A stretch of DNA of 32,000 nucleotides from Nitrosopumilus zosterae (GTDB lineage: Archaea > Thermoproteota > Nitrososphaeria > Nitrososphaerales > Nitrosopumilaceae): NCBI RefSeq assembly GCF_025998175.1, contig NZ_AP026695.1, positions 1,462,581 to 1,494,580 of the forward strand, in the 5' to 3' direction. Positions 18,058-25,093 of this stretch are shown here, piece after piece; within the stretch, counting starts at the first letter, position 1; every line of letters begins with the position of its first letter. The position numbers and the translations under genes were made by a program. Under the pieces are notes generated by a model. It ran no database searches and was not told the DNA's origin. It saw only the letters and a program-made list of their open reading frames with translations.

Positions 18058-18195
18058 GTTGGCAAAATGTTATCATGCCACCCGTTATAAAACCATCGAT
18101 GAGATGGTTGGATATTGTAGTAACATCATAAAGTGAACATTAGTAATCCATATGTTTGGACATACAGTAATTCTCATGCCCCAACTGAAAACACG

Positions 18196-18216
18196 AGGAA
18201 TACTTGTCCCACCAAC
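18196..18216 (+). repeat. 21-nt exact repeat, copy 1 (intergenic)
   Basis: 'aggaatacttgtcccaccaac' is identical to 25955-25975 in the same orientation. The flanking bases differ on both sides. Confidence 0.95.
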
Positions 18217-18364
18217 TAAACAGAACCCTAGGAATTGGGCTCAGGAAGTTAATTTTTCAATTTTTACAGTATTCTTAAATCAAGAAAAAACGTGTTGAAA
18301 GAATTAGAGTTTTGATTATTTTCAATAGACCAATGATTACATTAAAGATGACGTTTTTGAATTA

Positions 18365-19186
18365 GTGTTGAGGAGATACAAACCTAAAATCTCGTATAGA
18401 TTAAGAGAAATCCCAATAAAACAGATCAAAATATGGAAAGATGCTCAGGCACGAAAGCTTGACAGGGAAAATATTTCAGAACTGGCAAAATCTATTAAAA
18501 ACGAAGGATTGTTGAATCCACCTCTAGTTCAAAAAGAAAATAAAAATACATACTTGCTAATGTCAGGACAGAGGCGACTTGCAGCAATGAAAAGGCTGGG
18601 TGCAAAAAAGATTCCAGTACACTTGCTTAGCAAAAAAACAGAGTATGATCTTGAAAATGCAAAGGCTGCATCGGTAGTTGAAAATATTCATCGAAACGAT
18701 ATGAACCACAGGGAAATTGCAGATGCGTGTAAGTTTTTGACTGAACAGGTTGGCAAATCATCAGCTGCAAAATCAATGGGAATGTCACTTGCAACATTAA
18801 ACAAATATCTCGGATTTGCAGGTGTTCCTGAAAAACTGAAATTATTAGTGCCTTCACTAGTTTCAAGAGACGAAATTACAAGATTATACTTTATTGTTCC
18901 AAATGTAGCAAAAGCTGAAAAAATAGTTCAAAGAATATCAGGTTTGGATCATATCTTACGTAAAAAATACCTAATTGCATTGTCTCATACTCCAAAGTCA
19001 TCACATCAGAAACTTTTGAAACGCGCGAAATCTCTTCGAGTTAAACAGAACATATCATTGAAGTTATCCAAAACAAATGCCAAAAAACTAGCAATTGAAT
19101 CAAACAAGAAAGATATACAGCCGGATGAATTAGCAGGCAAGATAATATCAGACTATCTAAAACGTAAAAAAAGTAGAACGCGATAG
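18365..19186 (+). CDS. ParB/Srx-fold (ParB-like nuclease domain) protein with basic C-terminal tail
   Basis: 'ISELAKSIKNEGLLNPPLV' and 'GQRRLAAMKRLG' (GxRR box) are followed by an HTH-like region and a K/R-rich tail. The start is GTG 18365 or TTG 18368, with no in-frame ATG nearby. Confidence 0.8.
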   Translation: MLRRYKPKISYRLREIPIKQIKIWKDAQARKLDRENISELAKSIKNEGLLNPPLVQKENKNTYLLMSGQRRLAAMKRLGAKKIPVHLLSKKTEYDLENAKAASVVENIHRNDMNHREIADACKFLTEQVGKSSAAKSMGMSLATLNKYLGFAGVPEKLKLLVPSLVSRDEITRLYFIVPNVAKAEKIVQRISGLDHILRKKYLIALSHTPKSSHQKLLKRAKSLRVKQNISLKLSKTNAKKLAIESNKKDIQPDELAGKIISDYLKRKKSRTR

Positions 19187-19210
19187 AATTTTTTCAAGTC
19201 TTAACAGATA

Positions 19211-19312
19211 TTATTTTTCATCGAATGTATTCTCCAGGCATCCAATATCACAGTATTTTTCAAATCCGATAAATTCTTTGTTACATATTACACATTTTTT
19301 TACTAGTCTCAT
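19211..19312 (-). CDS. Candidate 33-aa C-x2-C...C-x3-C mini-protein
   Basis: Manual translation is MRLVKKCVICNKEFIGFEKYCDIGCLENTFDEK*. A T-rich TATA-like 'TTTTTTATT' lies 21 nt upstream of the ATG. No homology check was possible. Confidence 0.3.
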   Translation of the reverse strand: MRLVKKCVICNKEFIGFEKYCDIGCLENTFDEK

Positions 19313-19345
19313 AACATAATATGTCATTTCTAGAATAAAAAATGA

Positions 19346-19504
19346 TCAATACATGTAATCTATATAATCTGAATTTTGTAGATTCTTTTGGTATTCAATT
19401 ATTGCCTGATTGATGTTTTCTAATTCTTTTTTATTCATATGATTTAACATATGATTGATTTTCAGACCAAATTTCTCAATATTTTTAATAATTTCATCAG
19501 TCAA
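19346..19504 (-). CDS. Candidate 52-aa helical mini-protein (TTG start)
   Basis: The frame opens right after a stop: (L/M)TDEIIKNIEKFGLKINHMLNHMNKKELENINQAIIEYQKNLQNSDYIDYMY*. The composition looks coding-like, but the start is non-ATG and there is no other support. Confidence 0.25.
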   Translation of the reverse strand: MTDEIIKNIEKFGLKINHMLNHMNKKELENINQAIIEYQKNLQNSDYIDYMY

Positions 19505-19913
19505 CTAAAAAATGTCCAAAAAAGAAACCCATTTAAGATTTATTGTATAATGCGATCATCGGATTTTTTTGTTATAAAATTTCCAAATGTTCCAATTTTA
19601 TCATAACAGAGATAATTCATCGTTTGAGATAAAACTATTCATGGATCTAAATGTGGGACTACCCAATCTTATGCCATATCCATTCTATGTTCATGACATC
19701 TTACATATGAACATGGAAGCAGTCTATGACTTTTACTTTACATTTTCTATACAACCAAGAATGTTGGCATTCATAATTTTCAAAAGAACAGAGTCAAATA
19801 GTTTCAATTTTTGAAATATTGTGAAAACTCCAATACTATCATTTAACAGCAATCAGAAATTCAAGATAACTTGGAAAATAATGCAAGTCACTTAAAAATG
19901 GAATATAAAAAAA

Positions 19914-20687
19914 TTAGTTGCTTCCGATAAGAAACACAACTTGGATAGATGTTGTGATGTCTTGCTCGGAAGAAAACACAGGAGTTGAGGACATAATCTT
20001 TGATTCAGCCATTGCAAAATCTCCACTAAACACTGGTTGTGGGTATGGCATTCCAAATTCTGAAAGGGAGATGCTCTTTACTCCAATTACAGTGTGGTCA
20101 AGTGGATCTAATGCTTTTTTTGCCTTTGATTCTGCATTTGTTATTGCTTGTTCTAATAAATCATCTTTGAGGTCCATTTGTTTTTGTGGAGATAGAGAAT
20201 AATACACAGAATCAACTCTGTTTACTCCTGCATCCACACCATTGTCTATGATGGATGCTGCAAGATTGAGTTTTTCTGTTTCTACGGAGAGAATGTTCGA
20301 CACCTTATATCCCACAAGTTCTCTTGTTTGAATTCCCAAAAACTCATCACTGATATATTCATAGACAGGGTAGATATTCAAAGAAGATGTACTAATTTCT
20401 GACTCTGTAATTCCAACAGATTTTAGTGCTGAAATCACATTCTCCATCATCTTGGAATTTTCCTCCAGTGCTTGTTTTGCAGTAGGTTTCTGAATCTCTA
20501 TGCCAAAAATGACACTCAGAAGATCAGGATCTACCGATGCTGTTGCCATGCCTGTAACTGATAGAGTCTTTTCCAATGAGAGAATTGATGCCGATTGTGC
20601 ATTTGCCTCAGGATACAACGCTCCAAAAGAAATAGACACTGCAAGTACTGCAAGCATAGCAATAACTAGCTGTTTTGATTTCTTCAT
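19914..20687 (-). CDS. Secreted SIMPL/DUF541-family protein
   Basis: N-terminal signal/anchor 'MKKSKQLVIAMLAVLAVSISFG', then 'LSVTGMATASVDPDLLSVIFGIEIQKPTAKQALEENSKMMENVISALKSVGI...IYPVYEY', typical of the SIMPL family. Confidence 0.8.
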   Translation of the reverse strand: MKKSKQLVIAMLAVLAVSISFGALYPEANAQSASILSLEKTLSVTGMATASVDPDLLSVIFGIEIQKPTAKQALEENSKMMENVISALKSVGITESEISTSSLNIYPVYEYISDEFLGIQTRELVGYKVSNILSVETEKLNLAASIIDNGVDAGVNRVDSVYYSLSPQKQMDLKDDLLEQAITNAESKAKKALDPLDHTVIGVKSISLSEFGMPYPQPVFSGDFAMAESKIMSSTPVFSSEQDITTSIQVVFLIGSN

Positions 20688-20780
20688 GATTTTAGATAAT
20701 GATATTTTGAAGATAAGGTTTGATTAAATTTCAATTTAACCAGAAATCTTAATAACACAAATTAGAATAACAATGGTTCA

Positions 20781-21461
20781 ATGAATTCGGATGATATTCC
20801 AGATTTATCAGACAGGGTAGATATTTTATCTACGGAAGATGAAAAATTAAAAACAATTGGAGAAATATTGTCATCCGATTCGAGTAGAAATATTCTCAAG
20901 ATTTTGTTTAATGAATCACTTACTGCAAACCAAATAGCACAGAGAACAGAAATGTCTTTGCCACTGGTAATACACCATTTAAAAAAAATGCAATCAGCTC
21001 AAGTGATAAAGATTACAAATGTTGGAAAAAACTCAAAATCACATGACATGAAATATTACACAATTGACAAATTTGCAATTGTGATTCTTCCTACTGCCAT
21101 GACCCAATCTGCAAAGAAAAGTAAATCACTGTTTAATTCCTTTACAAGAATTCATAGACTTGCAACACTTGGGGGCGTCTCAATTGCAGCATGGTTTTCA
21201 TCACAATTTCTTCAAAATCAAACTAGTATTCCAGTAGTACAATCCAAGGTATCATCTAAGATATCTGAATCATCAGAGTCTATGATGATGCGTTCAATCC
21301 CTGAACAGTCAGAAAATATACAAGATGCATTACCATCAAGCTCATCTGATCCGCAAATTGGGGTTTTATTGTCTGTAGTTGTAGTTCTTTCAGTCATAGT
21401 TTCAGGATTGATAATTGAGTTAATAATCAAACAAAAATTAAACGCTGCAAAGTACAACTAG
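20781..21461 (+). CDS. Membrane-anchored ArsR-type winged-HTH regulator
   Basis: wHTH 'RNILKILFNESLTANQIAQRTEMSLPLVIHHLKKMQSAQVIKI', a Ser-rich linker, and a C-terminal TM helix 'IGVLLSVVVVLSVIVSGLIIELII'. Confidence 0.75.
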   Translation: MNSDDIPDLSDRVDILSTEDEKLKTIGEILSSDSSRNILKILFNESLTANQIAQRTEMSLPLVIHHLKKMQSAQVIKITNVGKNSKSHDMKYYTIDKFAIVILPTAMTQSAKKSKSLFNSFTRIHRLATLGGVSIAAWFSSQFLQNQTSIPVVQSKVSSKISESSESMMMRSIPEQSENIQDALPSSSSDPQIGVLLSVVVVLSVIVSGLIIELIIKQKLNAAKYN

Positions 21462-21511
21462 TTGGAACTGATCATTATATGAATACACAAAAAATAATTT
21501 CTGTACACTAA

Positions 21512-21560
21512 CGTCGTAGATTGCTCATGAGTAAATTTTATGTACAAATAATAAACAAGG
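21512..21560 (+). repeat. ~49-nt paralogous element, copy A
   Basis: About 38/49 identity to 24176-24224, with the core 'agattg.t.atgagtaaatttta.gtac.aa'. It lies 47 nt beyond the stop of the minus-strand wHTH gene. Confidence 0.8.
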
Positions 21561-21606
21561 AAACAAGATTAAATTTCCCTCTAAAACTGCCATACATTGA
21601 TTTCAT

Positions 21607-22242
21607 TTATTCGCCATAAACAATCTGGAGAATAGAACTATTTCTGATAACTTCTGGAGTAAATTGAACATTGACTGTAACTTTGTTGTTAAAATCAATG
21701 TTCACATTATCAAACAATGATTTGTATTTGTCTACCGCTCTTCTGTTTCCTGTAAAGCCAAATCCAGTTTTTACAAGTAATCCCTGCTCTATGAGGAAAT
21801 TGATTTTCCTGTATCCTGATGTTCTAGGAAGGTTTAGTTTTTCAATGATTTCAGAAATTGTCCATGGCTCCCCAATTGATGCGTTGAGAATTTTTGACAT
21901 TTCATCATCACAGAACGCCTTTACGATTGATTGGCTGATTTTTGAATCAGATATTGCAAATCTCTTCTCAGACTTGTCTTTGTTCGATTTGATACTACAA
22001 ATCTCCTTGAGGAATTTTTTTTCCAGACCCGCTGCGCCTGCTCCAAAAAATTCCCTCAAAACGTAGTCTATCTTGTCAAATTCTCTCATTGCAGAAGTAA
22101 TAGATATGCCAAATTTTTCAAATAGTCTATCCTGTATCTTGCGAGAAGTATTCTCACCTAAATTGTCTCGAATTATTCTTTCTAGTGATTCTGCAAGAAG
22201 GGAATCCACGCCAGACATACCTTCATTAGGTAATACTTTCAT
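21607..22242 (-). CDS. Putative transcriptional regulator (C-terminal wHTH, unknown N-terminal domain)
   Basis: 'WTISEIIEKLNLPRTSGYRKINFLIEQGLLVKTG' looks like an ArsR/MarR-type recognition helix plus wing. It starts 22 nt downstream of the REC-domain gene on the same strand. Confidence 0.6.
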   Translation of the reverse strand: MKVLPNEGMSGVDSLLAESLERIIRDNLGENTSRKIQDRLFEKFGISITSAMREFDKIDYVLREFFGAGAAGLEKKFLKEICSIKSNKDKSEKRFAISDSKISQSIVKAFCDDEMSKILNASIGEPWTISEIIEKLNLPRTSGYRKINFLIEQGLLVKTGFGFTGNRRAVDKYKSLFDNVNIDFNNKVTVNVQFTPEVIRNSSILQIVYGE

Positions 22243-22264
22243 ATTAATTCTCCTCTGTTTAAAA

Positions 22265-22867
22265 TCAACCTACAATCTCCGATAATTTACGAATGTTCGT
22301 CGTATTGTTTTTGCATGCCAAATCCAGTGCTTTTTGCATACTTGCTGTATATGATTCAAGACTGTTTTGTCCAGGTCCTATGATTTTACATTCTTGGATT
22401 ATTGGCAATATTTTCAAATTCTTGTATTGCTCATAGGTTACCACACAAGAGTAAACGGAATCATCCTCTTTGAACATATATTGAATCTTAATTGATGATT
22501 TGCTATCTTCATCAAGAAGAACATCTGTTACTGTTTGTTTTATTGTATGGATATCAAATGGTTTGTCAATTACATGCACATTTAACGATTCAAGAAGTTC
22601 AGATTCTGTGGCATTAATGTCTCCTGTAACCATGATTATCTTCGCATCTGGGTATTTGTCTTTGATATTCTCAACTGCATACAATCCGTCATATGCAGGC
22701 ATCTGCAAATCTGTAAAAACTATGTCAGGCACGTGTTTTTCATACAATTTGACCGCATCCCTGCCATCATATCCCCTGGCAAGAACATCTACTTTGATCA
22801 TAGATAATAGTTCGCAAAACAGATCCACGGTATTTTGATCATCATCTATTACAATACAGCTAACCAT
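22265..22867 (-). CDS. Response-regulator receiver protein with unknown ~80-aa C-terminal domain
   Basis: The REC residues are all present: 'VIDDD', phospho-acceptor 'FTDLQMP', 'MVTGD' and 'IDKP'. No family was recognised for the C-terminal 80 aa. Confidence 0.85.
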   Translation of the reverse strand: MVSCIVIDDDQNTVDLFCELLSMIKVDVLARGYDGRDAVKLYEKHVPDIVFTDLQMPAYDGLYAVENIKDKYPDAKIIMVTGDINATESELLESLNVHVIDKPFDIHTIKQTVTDVLLDEDSKSSIKIQYMFKEDDSVYSCVVTYEQYKNLKILPIIQECKIIGPGQNSLESYTASMQKALDLACKNNTTNIRKLSEIVG

Positions 22868-22900
22868 TGTACAGTTTTCTCCAGCCAGTCATCATATATA

Positions 22901-22956
22901 ATGTTAACATGTTATATTCATACTTTATTGTGTCACATTATTATATTATGTTAACA
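22901..22956. promoter_or_regulatory. Duplicated GTTAAC-centred motif upstream of the REC gene at 22867
   Basis: 'tatat(a/t)atgttaaca' occurs at ~22893-22909 and ~22940-22956, 47 nt apart. The first copy includes the 10-bp palindrome ATGTTAACAT and abuts the TATA-like 'ATTATATAT' 26 nt upstream of the ATG (minus strand). Confidence 0.4.
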
Positions 22957-22977
22957 GTTATCTATATCAATAAGAAA

Positions 22978-23103
22978 TCAAAATTGAGTAAGAGGTTTTT
23001 TATTTCCAAAGTAATGCGATATAGTGTGTCCTTCATATAACAAGCATCTTTTTTCATCATCAGCGCACTTGGCTTTGCATCTGTCTGGCGGACTAAATGG
23101 CAT
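22978..23103 (-). CDS. Candidate 41-aa Cys-containing mini-protein
   Basis: Manual translation is MPFSPPDRCKAKCADDEKRCLLYEGHTISHYFGNKKPLTQF*. 'TAAATAT' lies 20 nt upstream of the ATG, the same geometry as confirmed genes here. It sits between two REC genes. Confidence 0.35.
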   Translation of the reverse strand: MPFSPPDRCKAKCADDEKRCLLYEGHTISHYFGNKKPLTQF

Positions 23104-23194
23104 AAAATACAATACAGACGTCCATATTTAGATCAATCGCAGGTATTAGTGACACCATCTGAAATAGAATTATTCAGTGGTTTCAAGGCAATTA

Positions 23195-23626
23195 TTACCT
23201 GTGTCTGTTCATTACTATTTGCTTTGATACAGACATTACAATTGCACTTGAATCGCATGGTTTGAGGATATAGTCCTTTGCGCCTCCTTTCTTAACTACA
23301 TCTTCTACTGTTTCTTTATTTTCTTTTGCAGATATTACAATGATTTTTGCATTAGGATCATAGTGGTTTATGGCCATTGAAGCTTTTACTCCATCAACAT
23401 TGGGCATTATGATGTCCATTATTGTTACATCAGGTTTGAAAGCAACATATTTTGAAATTGCTTCTTTTCCATCATTTGCCTCATAATATCTGCTTCCGAT
23501 TTGTGCATCACTAAGGGTTCTTTTAATGAACGTTCGCATATATGCTGAATCATCAACTATGAGAATTTTACAAAATCGTAACGGATTCATTGTTTTCATG
23601 CTCATTTTTTCCACATCAATTAACAT
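23195..23626 (-). CDS. Single-domain CheY-like response regulator
   Basis: 'ILIVDDS', 'IMDIIMP', 'VISA' and 'ILKP' are the canonical REC residues. The start is ambiguous (ATGs at 23626, 23605, 23599 and 23590). The first of these overlaps the upstream REC gene by 11 nt. Confidence 0.88.
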   Translation of the reverse strand: MLIDVEKMSMKTMNPLRFCKILIVDDSAYMRTFIKRTLSDAQIGSRYYEANDGKEAISKYVAFKPDVTIMDIIMPNVDGVKASMAINHYDPNAKIIVISAKENKETVEDVVKKGGAKDYILKPCDSSAIVMSVSKQIVMNRHR

Positions 23627-23990
23627 CCTGTTTCTGTAGTTTAGATAATGCTTCTTTGATCATGATTGGATCTATGGGTTTTGTAACATATCCTAGATTT
23701 GGAATCTTTCCGCTTTTTACTGCTATCATATTTGATTTGATGGATGTGACAATTATCATCATTACATTCTTGTCGATTTCTCGAATTTTTATTGCAGTCT
23801 CAATGCCGTTTAGGCCTGGCATCTCATAGTCAAGTGTCACCAAAGATGGCCTGTGCTTAATAAAAGCCCTGACTCCTTCAATGCCGTTTTTAGCCTCAAT
23901 TATTGAGCCAATTTTCAAATAGGATAGTGTCTCTCTAATGCTTTCTCTCATGAATTTAGAGTCATCTACCACTAAAGCACTCAATCCCAT
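23616..23990 (-). CDS. Single-domain CheY-like response regulator
   Basis: 'LVVDDS', 'VTLDYEMPGLNG', 'IIVTS' and 'YVTKP' are the canonical REC residues. Confidence 0.9.
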   Translation of the reverse strand: MGLSALVVDDSKFMRESIRETLSYLKIGSIIEAKNGIEGVRAFIKHRPSLVTLDYEMPGLNGIETAIKIREIDKNVMMIIVTSIKSNMIAVKSGKIPNLGYVTKPIDPIMIKEALSKLQKQDVN

Positions 23991-24175
23991 GAATTATTAT
24001 GATGTTACTACCACATGATATTGTGTCTGTATAAAAAATCCAAACAATATTAAAATTTTATTAGACTCATATGATATTATATTCTTGGAAGTTTACACAA
24101 CACAAACATTAGATTTTATTGGCCAAAATACCCCCCCCATTCTACAATAATAATCCGTCTGGTTTCAAACATTTA

Positions 24176-24224
24176 CGTTGCAGATTGATTATGAGTAAAT
24201 TTTACGTACGAACAGCAGATAAGG
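24176..24224 (+). repeat. ~49-nt paralogous element, copy B
   Basis: Pairs with 21512-21560. It lies 29 nt beyond the stop of the minus-strand 100-aa membrane-protein gene. Confidence 0.8.
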
Positions 24225-24252
24225 GAATAATACAAAAAAAATTGCAAAAAAA

Positions 24253-24555
24253 TTAATTTGTAGGATTCATCAAGGCAGCGCGTTCTTTTGTTTTTTGATC
24301 AACTAATGCATTAACATATTTGCCTGGTTCTGCATTACAAGCGCCAATATTTACTGCAAAGCCATCCATAGTTTCAGCAATACAACCACTTTCAGTATTT
24401 GCAATTACCTTGACCATCTCCATATTGTGTTCAGGTGCAGTATAGAACATCAAATATGCAAAAAGAAGACTAGATCCTAACGCAATGACTCCGGCAATGA
24501 TGAAGGTAGTGTTTTTACTTGATTTTTTATCAGATCTGTTATTTATTGCAGACAC
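24253..24555 (-). CDS. Small N-terminally anchored membrane/exported protein (uncharacterised)
   Basis: GTG start with 'TTTATAA' 22 nt upstream. TM helix 'TTFIIAGVIALGSSLLFAYLMFY', then a ~55-aa domain with two Cys. Confidence 0.55.
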   Translation of the reverse strand: MSAINNRSDKKSSKNTTFIIAGVIALGSSLLFAYLMFYTAPEHNMEMVKVIANTESGCIAETMDGFAVNIGACNAEPGKYVNALVDQKTKERAALMNPTN

Positions 24556-24830
24556 ATCACTTCTTCTTCTAAATTACTTATAAAGTACATAGATATTTTT
24601 CATTAATAGTTTTCAAATATGAAAGCTGTATGTGGCCATTGTTTCTGCATGTTAATCTTGTTTTTATACACTGTTCAATAGATCGATGTTTTATTGCAAT
24701 AGTTACTTGTCAAGTAGAATCATGGTTCGCAATATTCTCTTGTCATAGTAATAAATACCGATATTCGCAAAATTTGATGGTTTTTGGCTCAACAATTCAA
24801 TATCATGAGTAGGGATCTAAGGAGAATTGA

Positions 24831-24908
24831 TGGCGCCCTCGGCGGGATTTGAACACGCGTCTCAGCCGTGACAGGGCCGAATTCTAGACCGGGCTATACT
24901 ACAAGGGC
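24831..24908 (-). tRNA. tRNA-Asp (anticodon GTC), CCA encoded
   Basis: The reverse complement is GCCCTTG-TA-...-CGGCC-CTGTCAC-GGCTG-...-TTCAAAT-...-CGAGGGC-G-CCA. The acceptor and anticodon stems pair. By my manual folding the T-stem has one U.C mismatch and the D-stem has one apparent mismatch. Confidence 0.85.
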
Positions 24909-25004
24909 ACAAGTTGTTTGAACAAAATTGCCAGATTAAAAGTTTCTGTCACAACAAAAAATTTTGTAAAAGACTAAATTATACACGAAAAGCATTTTTG
25001 ATGA

Positions 25005-25078
25005 GGGTCTATGGCGCAGCCAGGTAGCGCACCGGACTTTTAATCCGGTTGTCAAGGGTCCGAATCCCTTTAGACCCG
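25005..25078 (+). tRNA. tRNA-Lys (anticodon TTT), CCA not encoded
   Basis: GGGTCTA-TG-GCGC-AGCCAGGTA-GCGC-A-CCGGA-CTTTTAA-TCCGG-TTGTC-AAGGG-TCCGAAT-CCCTT-TAGACCC-G. All four stems are perfectly paired. Confidence 0.93.
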
Positions 25079-25093
25079 CTACTTTTCTTTATT

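Noticed and set aside
18141-18300. Idea that the intergenic 21-mer marks a decayed argH fragment or pseudogene
   Set aside because: Translating the minus strand around the match gives AQFLGFCLVGGTSIPRVFSWG. Only the 7 residues encoded by the 21-mer match argH, the flanking DNA shows no residual similarity, and a stop precedes the frame.
19587-19814. 75-aa plus-strand ORF in the gene desert
   Set aside because: It has an F/Y/M/N-rich composition typical of random AT-rich sequence. I found no promoter-like box at the expected distance and no recognisable motif.
22889-22895. C-box-like ATGATGA (minus strand) as a possible C/D-box sRNA
   Set aside because: No appropriately spaced D box (CTGA) or terminal stem was found. 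The motif overlaps the promoter and 5' end of the REC gene.
21527-24253. The two 'MSKFYV...' mini-ORFs (29 and 20 aa) as a conserved peptide family
   Set aside because: The peptides diverge after six residues, whereas nucleotide conservation continues upstream of the ATG. A DNA- or RNA-level element explains the similarity better.
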